Shown in pieces: positions 49,401 to 60,600 of a DNA stretch of 64,000 nt. Made by a program: the position numbers and the translations under genes. Below the pieces are notes generated by a model. That model was not told where the DNA came from. It worked only from the letters and a program-made list of their open reading frames with translations, and did no database searches. Source of the DNA: Gemmatimonadales bacterium (lineage in GTDB: Bacteria > Gemmatimonadota > Gemmatimonadetes > Gemmatimonadales > GWC2-71-9); the NCBI GenBank assembly GCA_041615815.1, contig JBFJCP010000006.1:76131-140130 (forward strand), in the 5' to 3' direction. Position 1 is the first letter of the stretch. Every line of letters starts with the position of its first letter.

Positions 49401-49756
49401 ACGAATGCCTCGCCAAGCAGGTGGGTCGAATCGCCACCCGGAACAGCTGCCGGAACAGCTTCTACACCCAGCTCGACCTGCGGTTGCGCAAGCGGTTCCG
49501 AACGGTCGGTAATCAAGGCTTCGAGTTGAGCCTGGACTTCTTCAACGTGCTCAACATGATCAATGACGACTGGAGCCGGAACGTCGGGGTGCCGCAGTTC
49601 GGAGACGAGACCGCGCTGCTCGAGGTCGAAGGCTTCGACCCTGCCACCAACGCGTACATCTACTCCGTGAACCCGAGTTTTGCCGAAGAGCAGGACCTGC
49701 GTTTGTTCCGGACGGATCAAGGATTGGTGCAGCTCGGCGTGAAGTACTCGTTTTAA
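46496..49756 (+). CDS. TonB-dependent receptor (Oar-like, N-terminal carboxypeptidase-regulatory-like domain)
   Basis: Signal LQA|Q; PVNGRNF, SIESVKEFQV, INAVTKTGTNEFHG; C-terminal GVKYSF; AGGAG SD. Confidence 0.92.
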   Translation: MRWFVRSFRAFLPVLVVGVFAALPLQAQITTGAIRGRVVSTSGGSVDGAEVIATNTATGVRIVTAANAEGAYFFPALPVGSYRVQARRLGFAPVETPVTVRLGETALLNFSLAPAAVEVSEVTVTAEATPLIDPDQSGVVDLVSDAQINAIPVNGRNFQDLVALSPKVGVDIGDGTGGNLSLGGGRRGANLIQIDGAGTTGTFFGGEARGSDRIPFAFSIESVKEFQVVVNGFDVEYGFFSGGVINAVTKTGTNEFHGSVFGYFRDDAITRSDFFGREPDFSIRQLGGTFSGPIVRDKLHFFVTVERHDKNEPIFGLPSPSSAPDISTRVHPDSVARFLDILSRVYGVQDETGQFTQTQDEWAVFGRLDWQVSNAHRFTVRHNFTDLQQLSDRISPDETRLNGGVFNNTGNSTIVSLSSVFSPNVWNEARAQLAFEPRPREANTLLPEMEVFVDSDFDPAVDSDGDGNPANDRDASVGLECCNDPVLPNNLEETTFEFVNNLHIRAGDHGLKFGMHFNLFDYENFFAFGQQGQYDFDGLDDFENGIVDDFQRTVPNPGPDGLFFTADDINPIAIYKTYELSFFAQDSWRVSDFLTLSGGVRADWTIIPDAAPLNDDALADLGLRTDVKPEDVNVSPRFSFTYDPSGQGTTIIRGGVGLFFGRFPSVLYSNSLLNTGLNSIFQLCFSDGDVPVIDVFRDFNPAQPGASVPTGCAGFGFPGTPNVNLFAPDFEYPRTWKTSVGFAQVLPGNVKVEVDFLYSDTKQNFYVQDQNLLPQQFVSAVEGRPVFAPPDEISTRSGNPGFGDNRIASSVNEALVHVSNAEARTYQASIGIEKRGRVFSWQAGYTYTDSKDNSSYSCCISGTALFETPTAGNPNFIGKRGDELNGTWGPSDFSRPHRFVVSGIANLPFDIMVSGIWQTYSGQPWTPTVDGNPNADADFGNDRAYVGTNLVFDDPTGDVALLQSLLEQHECLAKQVGRIATRNSCRNSFYTQLDLRLRKRFRTVGNQGFELSLDFFNVLNMINDDWSRNVGVPQFGDETALLEVEGFDPATNAYIYSVNPSFAEEQDLRLFRTDQGLVQLGVKYSF

Positions 49757-49782
49757 CCGATTCGTAGCTGCCAGGCCGTGAG

Positions 49783-49814
49783 AAACGGGGGCTCACCTGA
49801 GCCCCCGTTTTTTT
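49783..49814 (+). terminator. Intrinsic terminator between convergent genes
   Basis: AAACGGGGGCTCA-CC-TGAGCCCCCGTTTTTTT. Confidence 0.9.
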
Positions 49815-49837
49815 ACGCGTGTCGTGCGATCACGCGT

Positions 49838-51796
49838 CTACGGCGTCTGTACGATCCGGCCCTCACCACCCTCAGGGTAGTCCGCCGCGCTGATGACCCC
49901 GCCGAGCGCGGTGACGATATAGTTCGCCAACGCCTGCTGGTACGTGACCCCCACCGTGGTGAATGCCGCGCCGCGATAGGGATACTGGTCGCCGCCGCGT
50001 GCCAAGAAGTCGATCGTGGCAATGGTGAGTGCACCCCCATCCACCACGGCGCCGTCGCTGACGATCACCGTACCATCGTCCAATTCGACCTGACGAACAC
50101 GGGTGCCGGGAGTCGCGACGGTCCCGTCGTCATTGAGGGACTGGGCCGTGCCCGTGCCGTCCCACTCGTAACTGAACCCGGAGATCTGGGCATACCGGCC
50201 GCTGCCGCCTGGCTCGTCACCCGCCTGGGTTCGTGAGACAGCGTTCTCCAAGATCTCCTTGAACTGTTCTCGCGAAATGTCCGGAATGATCGTCACGAAG
50301 TTGGAGAACGGCACCATCTCGAACGTGTTGAGCTCCGTGATCGAACCGGCGGGAATCACGTTGTCGTTGCGTATTCCGCCACCGTTCTGAAGGGCGACGT
50401 CGGGTACCGGCGCACCGAAGCTCGCTGCCAGCTCCGTCGCCTGCCAGCGGAGCGCATCCGCGATGAGGTTGCCTTCGTTGGTCTCTCGAGAGCGAACGTT
50501 GCCACGGACGCCGTCCAAATCGACTTCCGAAGTGCCGAGGACGTTCGAGGCTAACGCCTCGACGGCCGCCGCCACCGGATCGGTGACCTTGGCTTGGATC
50601 CGTGGATCGGGTCGGACGGCGTCGGGATTCGCACCGCCCGCCACTCGGACTGGCCCACTGCGATCGTCCACCGCCACCACGTTTCCGTGCTTGTCGAAGC
50701 CCACGACGAGACGCCCCACGTAGCCATAGCTGCCGGACGTCGTGACAACCGGGATCTCGGCTCCATCGGCTCCTATGCCCGTCAGTGGGTACGGGCCGAA
50801 GGGCTCGTCGCCGGGAACCAACAAATCACCCTCATTGGCGAGCAGTTCGTCACCGCCACCGGCGACCATGACGTCCACGCCGCGGAGCATGCCCGCCAAC
50901 GCCAGATCACCATCCACGTCCTGGAGATGGCTGATCAGCACGATCTTGCTCACACCCTTGGCCTCGAGTCGATCGACCTCGGCTTGGACCGCCCCCGCGA
51001 CATCTTCCATGACAATTACGTTTCGCGGGCTCGAAATGAACGGGAGGTTGGGTGTGGTGGCGCCGATGATGCCGATCCGGTGGCCCTTACGGAACACGAC
51101 GGTGCTCTTGGCCAGCCTTCCCGTTTCCACGAATGCTTGGAGCCCAGGCTCGGCCGAGAAATCCAGATTGGCGCTCAGAAACCTGACCGGTCGGTGAAAG
51201 CCCGCAATGAAGTCTGCCAAGACGTCGGGACCGAAATCGAACTCGTGATTACCGAGGTCGATGGCATCGTACCCGATGAGATCCATGGCGATGGCATCGT
51301 AGAAGGGTATGCCCTTCTGGAGACTCGCGTTGAACTCGGGGCCAGCCAGGAAATTGTCTCCTGACGAGACCATGAGTGCCGCTCGTCTCCCGGGCGGCTC
51401 CTTGCCGAAGCGCGTGTGGTTTGAGGACGTCGCAAGCACCTCATCGAGCTGGTCGCTCTCCCATGCCGGAGGTGTTGGGAGGTCGAATGCGGTGCCAAAC
51501 TCGTCCTCACTGGTCGCGATCCCCACGTGTGCGGGTGTACGGTGGTGTTCCCGTGTTGCCTGCCAGCGAAGCTTGCGCACCACTGAGGCGAACCGGGCCA
51601 CGCCTCCGAAGTCCTCGAGACCGCTCCCCAAATTGATGAGATCCGATTCCCCATCATTGTTGTGGAGGAGGGTCAGCCAGAAGTGGACTTCGGAATGAGA
51701 TTGGGAGAGGTTGGCGGATAACTGCGGATTCTGAATGACGTCCTCGGAGCATCCCGCGACCAACAGGAGCAGGAGGACGAGCGCGCCACGTCGCAT
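49838..51796 (-). CDS. Metallophosphoesterase/5'-nucleotidase lipoprotein
   Basis: Lipobox VAGC; HNNDGE, SGDNF, LGNHEFD, NGGGIR, FLARGGDQY. Confidence 0.9.
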   Translation of the reverse strand: MRRGALVLLLLLVAGCSEDVIQNPQLSANLSQSHSEVHFWLTLLHNNDGESDLINLGSGLEDFGGVARFASVVRKLRWQATREHHRTPAHVGIATSEDEFGTAFDLPTPPAWESDQLDEVLATSSNHTRFGKEPPGRRAALMVSSGDNFLAGPEFNASLQKGIPFYDAIAMDLIGYDAIDLGNHEFDFGPDVLADFIAGFHRPVRFLSANLDFSAEPGLQAFVETGRLAKSTVVFRKGHRIGIIGATTPNLPFISSPRNVIVMEDVAGAVQAEVDRLEAKGVSKIVLISHLQDVDGDLALAGMLRGVDVMVAGGGDELLANEGDLLVPGDEPFGPYPLTGIGADGAEIPVVTTSGSYGYVGRLVVGFDKHGNVVAVDDRSGPVRVAGGANPDAVRPDPRIQAKVTDPVAAAVEALASNVLGTSEVDLDGVRGNVRSRETNEGNLIADALRWQATELAASFGAPVPDVALQNGGGIRNDNVIPAGSITELNTFEMVPFSNFVTIIPDISREQFKEILENAVSRTQAGDEPGGSGRYAQISGFSYEWDGTGTAQSLNDDGTVATPGTRVRQVELDDGTVIVSDGAVVDGGALTIATIDFLARGGDQYPYRGAAFTTVGVTYQQALANYIVTALGGVISAADYPEGGEGRIVQTP

Positions 51797-51941
51797 GGCC
51801 GTTCCTCCGAATACTGGGATGAATTGTGAAATCCGAGGGCTCGAACCCGAACGGTTGGGATAATGGCGGCTGGGTGGGTGGTGTCAACAGTTGCGCTCAC
51901 GCAACAGCGGGGCGTATGCGGCTGAGCCGTGCTCGCCGCTC

Positions 51942-53024
51942 CTAGGTCGGCGCTTTCTGCATGAAGAACAGACCGAGCAAGAGGAAGAGGGCGTTAGGAA
52001 GCCATGCGGCCACCTCGGGTGGAATGCCACCGCCTGATCCGATGGCGCGCGAAAGCTGAACCAACAGCAGAAACATGACGGTGGTGCCAAGGCTCACGGC
52101 CACCCCAAATGCCCCGGATGCTCTGGGAGCGCTCACGACGAGGGGCGCGGCAAACACGGCGATGATGATGCAGGTGAACGGGATGGCAATCTTCAGAGCA
52201 CGCTCCACCGTGAGCTGCCGGCCGTCCCCACCGGACCGTTCCAGAGACTCGATGTACTCGCCCAACTCCGCGTAGCGCATCTCCTGTGGTTTCTTGGGCT
52301 CGATCAGTAGTTCGTCGGGCTTCTCGGCGAGACTGCGCAGCCGAAGAGAGTCGAAGCTGAACGCCAGCTCACCCGTTCGTCCCGGCACCACCCGGAAACG
52401 ACCGCGTGCGAGCGTCCACTGCGTCGCTCCCGTGTCGTAGAACGCCGAGGGGGCCTGGATGGCGAGCGTGGGGTATTCGGACCCGGTGCCTTCGCGCTCG
52501 AGGATCACGTCGCGCATGCGATGTCGCTCGACGTCGAGGGCACGGATGGCGTACGTCCATCCGTGCTCTGCCCGAAAGACGAAGTTGTAGCGGCTGGGGA
52601 TGGAGCGGGTCTCGAGTTCGCCGAGGAGCTCGAGGTGCCGTCGGGTCGCAGGCGGTGCCACTTCACCGATGACGAATCCCCCCCCCGCCACCACCACGGA
52701 TACCATCAGAATTGGAATGAACATCCGGTAGAAGGAACGACCGGAGGCCTTCGCGGCCGCGAGCTCCGAGTGTCGGTTCATGTTGCCCAGAGCGAACACC
52801 GTGGCAAACAGCACTGCAGCTGGGAGGATGAGGAAGATCTTGTCCGGGAGGCTATACACGTACGCCAGAGCGATCGCGCCCGGCTCCAGCCCGCGCATGA
52901 GGTAATCGTCCAGGTTGTCGGCGAGCTCGATCAGGATGACGATCACGGGAAAGCCGATGGCCGTGACCAGGAAGATCTTGGACCACTCCCGCAGCAGATA
53001 ACGGTCGAGGAGGCGCGGGGTCAT
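51942..53024 (-). CDS. lptG: LPS export permease (LptF/LptG family)
   Basis: LLDRYLLRE, SELAAAKASG, AAWLPN. ATGA overlap with the upstream paralogue. Confidence 0.85.
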   Translation of the reverse strand: MTPRLLDRYLLREWSKIFLVTAIGFPVIVILIELADNLDDYLMRGLEPGAIALAYVYSLPDKIFLILPAAVLFATVFALGNMNRHSELAAAKASGRSFYRMFIPILMVSVVVAGGGFVIGEVAPPATRRHLELLGELETRSIPSRYNFVFRAEHGWTYAIRALDVERHRMRDVILEREGTGSEYPTLAIQAPSAFYDTGATQWTLARGRFRVVPGRTGELAFSFDSLRLRSLAEKPDELLIEPKKPQEMRYAELGEYIESLERSGGDGRQLTVERALKIAIPFTCIIIAVFAAPLVVSAPRASGAFGVAVSLGTTVMFLLLVQLSRAIGSGGGIPPEVAAWLPNALFLLLGLFFMQKAPT

Positions 53025-54538
53025 GACTTGGCGAACTTGCGCCGGGCAGTTCCTTCCCGTCGAATCTGTAGGAGAGCCCAAATGCCGATGCTGGCCATGA
53101 TGACGTTCGGGGTCCACATGGCCCAGAATGCCGGCACGATCAGCCGGTTGGCCAACGATTCGCCCGCGATGAGACCCACGTAGTAGAGGCCAAAGACGAC
53201 CATACTGGCCCCCGCCACGAGGCCCACGCCACCGCTGGGGAACCGGAGGGCGATCGGCACACCCACCAGGACGAACACGACACACGCCGCTGGAATTGCG
53301 TACTTCTTATGAACCTCCACCTGGTACACGGCGGCCCGAACCCTCGCCGATCGCGCGCGGTCCGCGTGCGCCCGGAGCTCACGACTCCTCGTCTCCGCCC
53401 GGACTCGTCCCGTGACCCGGCGCGCAGGGCCGGATGGCGGAGCCACACTCCGGGGCACTTGAACGGTTGACTCCTGCTGAGCCACGTCGTCGCCTGCCGC
53501 CGGATCCGCCTCGGAGCTCGTCGCATGCGCCACCGTCCCTCCGACCCGAAGCCGCTGGGCCGTCTGGTTTGCGAGCCCCCCCGCAACGGCGACGGCGCGG
53601 CAATACACGCTGGGGCCCGCCTGCGGTGCGGCCGTGTCCGGCTCCACGGGCTCGAGGTTGACCAGTGCGCGCAAACCGCTGCGCCGCACCGCCTCGGCAC
53701 GGCGTTCGGCCAGCCACACATCCCGCGCGGCGTCCCGGACGACGCTCTCCAGGTCACAAATCCCCATCTCCCGATCGCCGCGGTAGTTGTCTTCCTCGCG
53801 ACGAATGAACTCGGACGCCACGCCCCGGACCAGGATCTGGTCCCGGCGGAAGGCGATCTGTTGGAACATCCTCAGGTCGGTGCGGTCGAACTCGTGAATG
53901 GTCCCGTCGTACAATGTGAGGGAGAGGTCCTCCTGATTCTGCGTGAATGCGATCCGACCGCTATCGGCGTAGATGACACGCCGCTGGTCCTGGTTGGTCA
54001 GGTCGTAGAGCGTGACGTCGCGCATCTGATAGGTGGCTTGGTCGATGCTGGCCGCGCGGAGCGCCAAGCGACCCTTTTGGACGTCGTTGATGACGTGCTC
54101 TTTTAGGGAGAAGGTGGGCTTCGTGCGGTAGATGTCGGTCATCAGGGTCCGAAGCCGGTGGTTGGTTCTCGGAAGCACTTGGTCACCGAAGAGGAACGCA
54201 ACGATAGCCACGCCCGTGGCGCCCGCTAACAGCGGCCGCATGATCTGACCGAGGGAGATACCACCGGCCCGCAGCGCCGTGATCTCTCGGTCTCCGGTGA
54301 GTCTGCTGACCGTATACAGGACGGCGACCAGGACCGCCATCGCAATCGTCATGGCGATGATGAACGGAATCGTCAGCGCAAAGAACTCCACGATGACGGT
54401 CCACGGGAGACCTTTCCCGAGGAGATCTTCGAGCCGCTTGGCGATCTGATTGAGGAGCATGATGCTGGTGAGCGCCGAGAGGGCGAACACGAACGGCAGC
54501 GCGTGCTGCTTCAGCAGGTAGCGGCTCAGGAGCTTCAT
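53021..54538 (-). CDS. lptF: LPS export permease (LptF/LptG family) with a long periplasmic insertion
   Basis: LSRYLLK, REITALRAGG, EVHKKYAIP, AMWTPN. Confidence 0.85.
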   Translation of the reverse strand: MKLLSRYLLKQHALPFVFALSALTSIMLLNQIAKRLEDLLGKGLPWTVIVEFFALTIPFIIAMTIAMAVLVAVLYTVSRLTGDREITALRAGGISLGQIMRPLLAGATGVAIVAFLFGDQVLPRTNHRLRTLMTDIYRTKPTFSLKEHVINDVQKGRLALRAASIDQATYQMRDVTLYDLTNQDQRRVIYADSGRIAFTQNQEDLSLTLYDGTIHEFDRTDLRMFQQIAFRRDQILVRGVASEFIRREEDNYRGDREMGICDLESVVRDAARDVWLAERRAEAVRRSGLRALVNLEPVEPDTAAPQAGPSVYCRAVAVAGGLANQTAQRLRVGGTVAHATSSEADPAAGDDVAQQESTVQVPRSVAPPSGPARRVTGRVRAETRSRELRAHADRARSARVRAAVYQVEVHKKYAIPAACVVFVLVGVPIALRFPSGGVGLVAGASMVVFGLYYVGLIAGESLANRLIVPAFWAMWTPNVIMASIGIWALLQIRREGTARRKFAKS

Positions 54539-54559
54539 GAGACTACGTAACGTAACAGT

Positions 54560-54588
54560 TTGTAAGGACTTGCGCCGACCATTAGATT
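54560..54588 (+). promoter_or_regulatory. Candidate sigma70 promoter of the SprA-like gene
   Basis: TTGTAA-17-TAGATT. Confidence 0.4.
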
Positions 54589-54633
54589 GTGGTTCCTCAC
54601 CCGTATGACGCGAACCCCATTTGCGGGTCCCTG

Positions 54634-57600
54634 GTGCTGCGTCGTTCGCTGATTGCGCTCGCGGCGATCTGTCTCGTCGGGCCGCTCAGGGCGCAGGAAG
54701 ACGCTGCCCCGCCGCCTCGGATAAGTATAAGCCTCCCCGGTGATACCCTCGCGGTTCCCCGAGTCGCCGCGCTGGACCCGGGAGGGCGGCTCGGGCTGTG
54801 GACGCCGCCGGGCACGATCGCTGCGCGTTGGGCGCGCGAGCTCTGGGCCACGCTGGCTGAGGGGCGTCGCCGCCGGCTCCGTACCGACGTTCTCACCGCC
54901 CTCACGGTCAGGGATACCCTGCCCGTGGATACGGTCGCGCCCCCGGCCATTGCGGATGCACCCGAGCCCGCCACCGGACTCGATGCGCTGGCGCAACTTG
55001 GCGACTTGGGTTTGGACCTGAGTGCCCACCTCGAGATGAACCTCGACCAGCTCCGCAATGATCGGTGCAGCAGCGTCGATATCAACAATCCCGCGACCGG
55101 CTGCCAAAGCGGGTTTCCGACCCCGTCGTTCGACCAGCAATTCCGCGTCCGCTCCGGTGGTGTGCTGAGCGACCGAATCTACGTCGACGTCGATTTCGAC
55201 TCCGAGCGGGAATTCAACGCCAACAACAATATCAATGTCTGGTATCAGGGGCTGGACGACGAGATTCTCCGCCGTGTGGAGGTGGGAGACGTCACCTTCC
55301 GGCCGCCCCCCTTCCGGTTCATCAGTGGATCCATTCCAGCCAACTCCTTCGGCATCCAGGCGGAGGCACAGCTCGGTCCACTCGAATTCCGGTCCATCTT
55401 CGCGCAGCAGAAGGGGTCATCCCTCAGATCCCGTGTGTTCACTATCGGGGAGACCACGAGTCAACCAGTGGACTTCGAAGCGCGAGACCTCGACTTCGTG
55501 ACCGGGAGGTTTTTCTTCGTCATCGATCCGGCGGCCCTGCCCGGATTCCCCCAAGTCGACATCCTCAATATCGATCGGGTGGCACTCTCGTCCGCACAAC
55601 AGATCACGGCTGTCCGGGTGTACCGCCTGCGAGCCCAGGATAGCCGCTTGGAAGCCAACCGCAACCTCGGGGGGATCGACGCCATCGCGACACGGCCGGA
55701 CAGTCCACAACGGGTAGGTCCATTCTCGTGGCAGCTGCTGGTCGAGGGGGAGGACTATTACCTAGATCCCTCCGCCACCTGGTTTGCCATGGCCAACCGC
55801 GTGGACACCGAAGACTTCTTGGCGGTGTCCTACGTGACGGCGGCGGGCGACACCGTGGGGACGTTCCCTGCGCTCAATGGGCAAGGAGACACACTGGTGC
55901 TCATCCACGAGCCGCGGCGTGGTCCCGAAGTGCCAACCTTCCGCTACGAAATGCGCCACGTCTACCGGTTGGGCGGAGGGGAAGTCGTCCGAAGCTCGAT
56001 CGAGCTGTCCATTCGGGTGAATGACGCAGAACGCCCCCTGAGCGGCGCCGGGACGTATCTCTCCCTTCTCGGGCTGGCCACGAGCACCGACCCGTTTGCG
56101 ATCGATGAATTCAACCGAGTATGGCCGCGGCCGCGCGACCCTGAAGGCGGCGCCCCGGTGCGGGATCTCTTCGTCGTGTTCCCGCACCTCCAGCCTTTTG
56201 CCGACAGCCTGCGCCTGTTCACGGGCGAGCGGAACGATTCCCTGTATCGAACGCCCACGTATCTCCTCGTGACGCAGGGGCCGCCGCCGCGGTTCTCACT
56301 GCAGTTTCATTACGAGGCCAGTGGTGCAGGAGACCGGACCTCGGTGAGCCTGGGAGCGATTCAGGTCCGTGAGGGGAGTGAACGACTGTTCATTGGGAAT
56401 CGACAGCTCGTGCGCGGACGGGACTACGAGGTGGATTACGAGCTGGGTCAGGTGCGCTTCCTGAGTCCGGATTCGCTGTTTTTCGGGCCCACGCTGGTCC
56501 AGGCGCAGTTCGAGGAAAATCAGCTGTTCGACGTGGCGCCGAAGAGCATTTTCGGTGCGGCCGCAACGTATGATCTCGGCGCGATCGGGCAGGTGCACGC
56601 GGTCGGCATCTTCCAGCGAGAACGTACCGTCTTCACCCGGCCGCAACTCGGCTTCGAGCCGCAGTCGCAGTTCGTGGGCGGGGTGAGTACCGAACTGACA
56701 TTCCGCCCGGCGTTCGTCACCGAATTCCTCGATCGCTTGCCCTTGGTCTCCACGAATGTGCCCTCGCGTCTGGAGATCACCGGAGAGTTTGCGGTCTCCC
56801 AGCCCAATCCCAATCAGGCCGGACTGGCGTTCGTCGAAGAGTTCGAGCGTGAAGCCGCACTCTTGATCTCTTTGGTCGAGCGCGAGTTTCAGCTCGGGAG
56901 CGCACCGGGATCAGGTCGGGGCGTGCCGGCGTCGCATCTGGCGGCCGGCGGGACGTTCTTCCCCGACGACGCTGCCGTCCTCACGTGGCAGAATGGCGTG
57001 CAAACCCCCAGCGGCATCTTGGAGTTCGGCCCCGGAGACATCGACTCCACCATTGTGTTGTTCGGGACCGGATTCTCCGTCGAGCCGGTGCTCTGGCTCT
57101 CGCTGAAGCCGGATACCGTGGGTGGCGCTCCCGACGCCCGCACCGGTCTCCCACGGTGGTTCCTTCCTCACGTCCCCGGCCCCCGCTGGCGCAGCGTTAC
57201 CCGTCCCCTTGGGGGTGGCTCCGGGCTAGGGGTCGACCTCAGCCGCACCGAGTTCCTCGAGTTCTGGGTGCTGGAGGATGCGGACCGAACTGCCAGGCAG
57301 CGAAATGCCATCCTCGTGTTCGACTTTGGTGCCGTTTTCGAGGATGCCGTGGATTTCGGACCCGAGCGGTTCCGAGTCGTGGGCAGCGACACGGTCTTTA
57401 CAGGGCGGACACCGGTTGGCATGGGGCGCCTCGACACCGAGAAAGACACCCTCACCAACGTATTCAACGCGTTGGTGGATGATATCGGCATTCGAAGTGA
57501 CCTCCTGGAATCCATCGTCAACGAAACGACCGGCGGTATCGTGCGGGATCTCCCGCTTTGCGATCTCGGCGGCTCCGTGGGCCTGCCGATCTTCCCACTC

Positions 57601-60600
57601 GGAGATCTCCGGGCTCCCTGCACCCGGCGCAACCGACGCCTGAATACCGAAGATCTCAACGGTGACAACCGTCTCGATCTCACCGTCGGAACGGTGGGGG
57701 AGGACATCGTCCGCTACGTGTTCCCCGTTGGCGACGATCGTTTCTTCGTTCGCAACGGCGTGACGCTCCCCGGTGTCGACGGGCGGCCCGTGACATGGCG
57801 ACTCTACCGCATCCCGTTTCGCGAAGACACGCTGCAGATCGGCGCGCCCAATCTGAGACAAATCCAGGCCCTCCGACTCACGGTCGTGACGCCGGACGAA
57901 GGGCCGCAGGAGAGCGAGTTCTCCGTTGCGTTGGCGCGCATGAGGCTGGTGGGGGCTCCCTGGATCAAGCGAGCGCCCACTCCCATCGTCGGCCTGAGTG
58001 GGAGCCAAGGCGAGCCGCGGGGCGAGGTGGTGGTGTCCACCGTGAGCACCGAAAACGCGGACCTGGGATACACGTCGCCCCCGGGGGTCCTCGACCAGGC
58101 AGACCGCGTGGGGTCGGAGTTCGAGTTCGGACCGCAGCAAATCAACGAGCGTTCCCTCCGCCTGCTGGCGAGGGATCTCCGAGTGGGCGAGCGAGCGGAA
58201 GCACTCCGCCGTTTCACCGACGAGGCGGATCGAAACTTCCTCGAGTATGCCCGACTGCGCGTATGGGCCAGGGGTCGGGGGCCGGGGTGGGAAGAGGGGG
58301 ACCTCGAGTTCTTCGTCAAGGTGGGCCGAGATGAGAACAACTTCTATCTGTACCGAACCCCGGTCAACAGTACGGACTGGCTTCCGGAAATAGTCGTCGA
58401 TCTCGCCCGCTGGCTCACGCTCCGCGCACAGGTCGAAGCGGCCTGGCTCCGCGGTGAGGCGCCGTCTGGCTCGGGCATTTGTGGGGGAGATCCGGAGGCC
58501 TTTGTCGCCTGTGACGGTCCGTATGCCGTGCACGTCAAAGACCCGGGGGTCGCGCCACCCAATCTCGCCCGCGTTTCCGAGGTGGCCGTCGGGATGCTCC
58601 GGGTGGCCCAAACGGTGGTCGTGGATCCAGTGGAACTCTGGGTCGACGACATTCGATTGAGCGACGTCGTGGACGATGTGGGGATTGCGACCGCGGTGGA
58701 TGCCCGCCTCGCGGCGGCGGACGTCGCCGAGTTTACGTTCGGGTTCAGCCGTCGGGACGATCGGTTCCGCGAGCTCGGGCAAGACCCAACCTACATCGAG
58801 GAGGGTGCGACGCGGTTCGGGTCACTCGTGCGGCTCGACAAGTTTCTTCCCGAGAGCTGGGGGCTGAGCGCGCCCGTGAACGTGCAGTACGTTCGCACCA
58901 GCAACGATCCGTTCTATATCAGCCGCACCGATGTTCGCGCGTCGGCACTCCCAGCGCTGCGTCCACCAAAGGCGTCGGCGACCGCCATCGAGTTCTCTGT
59001 TCGTCGGGTCCGGCGGGGCGACGACTTTTGGAGCCGCGCGTTCCTCGATCCCCTCGCGGTGCGGGCGCGGCGGGTGACTTCCGAGAATACGACGTCCCTG
59101 AGTAGCGCAACCACCCGGAGTGCACAGGTCCACGTGGAGTACAGCAATGTGCCGGGGGCGCGGACCATTCGTGGCGCGCCAGGGTTCCTGCGATGGCTCG
59201 TGGACCGGTTGCCAGGATTCGTTCGCAGCAGCGACTTCGCCGAAGCCCTTCGAACCGCTCGATTGCGATGGAATCCGGCGCAGATCCGGTTTTCCTCGAC
59301 CCTCACGGACAACCAGTCGGATCGGTTTGCGTTCCGAGTTCCGGTGACGCTGCCGGAGGACTCCGTCCTCCGTCCTCTCCGCAGTATCGTGCACACCTGG
59401 CGCAACGATTTCGGCGTAGCCCTGCAGCCGTTTTCGACGTTCACGGTGCGTGCGAACTATGCCACCACTCGCGATCTCCAGGATTACGGTGACTCGACGT
59501 CCGTGGGCCGGTTGCTCGATGGTGAGCGCCGCAGATTTCTCGGCCGCGACGTGGGTTTCGAGCGATCTCGCGTGTTCACCACCTTTGTTTCCGTCGCTCC
59601 GGTCGTGAGTAGCTGGCTGCGTCCCCGCTTCCTGTTCTCCAGCCGGTTTGCGCTGTTCAGGGATCCCAACAGTAGGACCGCCGTTCGTGCGGCCGGAGAC
59701 TCCGCGGGGGCCTTTCTGGTACCCCAGACCATCGAGAACGGCCGTCGGCGAGAAATCGGCTCGAGTCTCGATCTCGCACGTTTGGCAAGCGGACTCACAG
59801 GCGATTCCAGCGCCCTGACACGTCTGGTCCGTGGTCTTCTGCCAGCGGACATATCGCACAATCTGGAGCGGCGCTCGAGCTTCGACCGAGTGCCGTTCGA
59901 TCCGAGTTTGGGGTATCAGCTCGGATTCGGCGGGCTCGACGACTTTCGAGAGCAGGACGGTATCCCAGCCACCGCCACGGCCGAGCTCGAGTCGGTAGGA
60001 GGCACGGGAGGGACGCGTCTGCCCCTTGGGGCCCTCGTCCGCGTGAGCTATCGTACGTCGCGCAACACCATCTGGTCGCGCCGCGCCGCTGCGCAGAGCC
60101 AGGTTGTACAACGGAGCCGCGAGTGGCCCTCGCTCGCATTCTCGTGGGCGTATAGCCCAGGCTGGTTGATCGGCGCGGTGATCAACGGTGTCTCGGCCCA
60201 GGCACAGTACCGGGAGATCAAGGCCTCGAGCCGTCAGCCTGTCTCGAGCGCCGGTGCAGGAGTCGAAGAAGTCGTTATCGAGAACAATTCACGATTTCTG
60301 ACACCGTCGCTCTCACTCAGCTGGATTGGAGGGATCACGACGTCCATCCAGTACTCGGTGATCACCGGTGAATCCGTGACGTCGGGGAACGTTACCGAGA
60401 GCGATCGGGTCGTATGGGGAGGGAGTACCAGCTTCGGATTCCGACCGCCGGGCAGCATAATGCGGTTACGAAGTCCAATTCAGACCACTGTTTCGTTCAA
60501 CGCATCCCGTCTCGCGGTTTGCTTACAGCGAGCCGGCGGTGAGGAGTGCACGACCGTGTCCGACAGCCGACGCCGCCAGTTTGATGTCCGGATGGATACC

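Noticed and set aside
57226..60111. Long minus-strand ORFs (518 and 429 aa) inside sprA
   Set aside because: They are antisense frames caused by codon bias and have no recognisable motifs.
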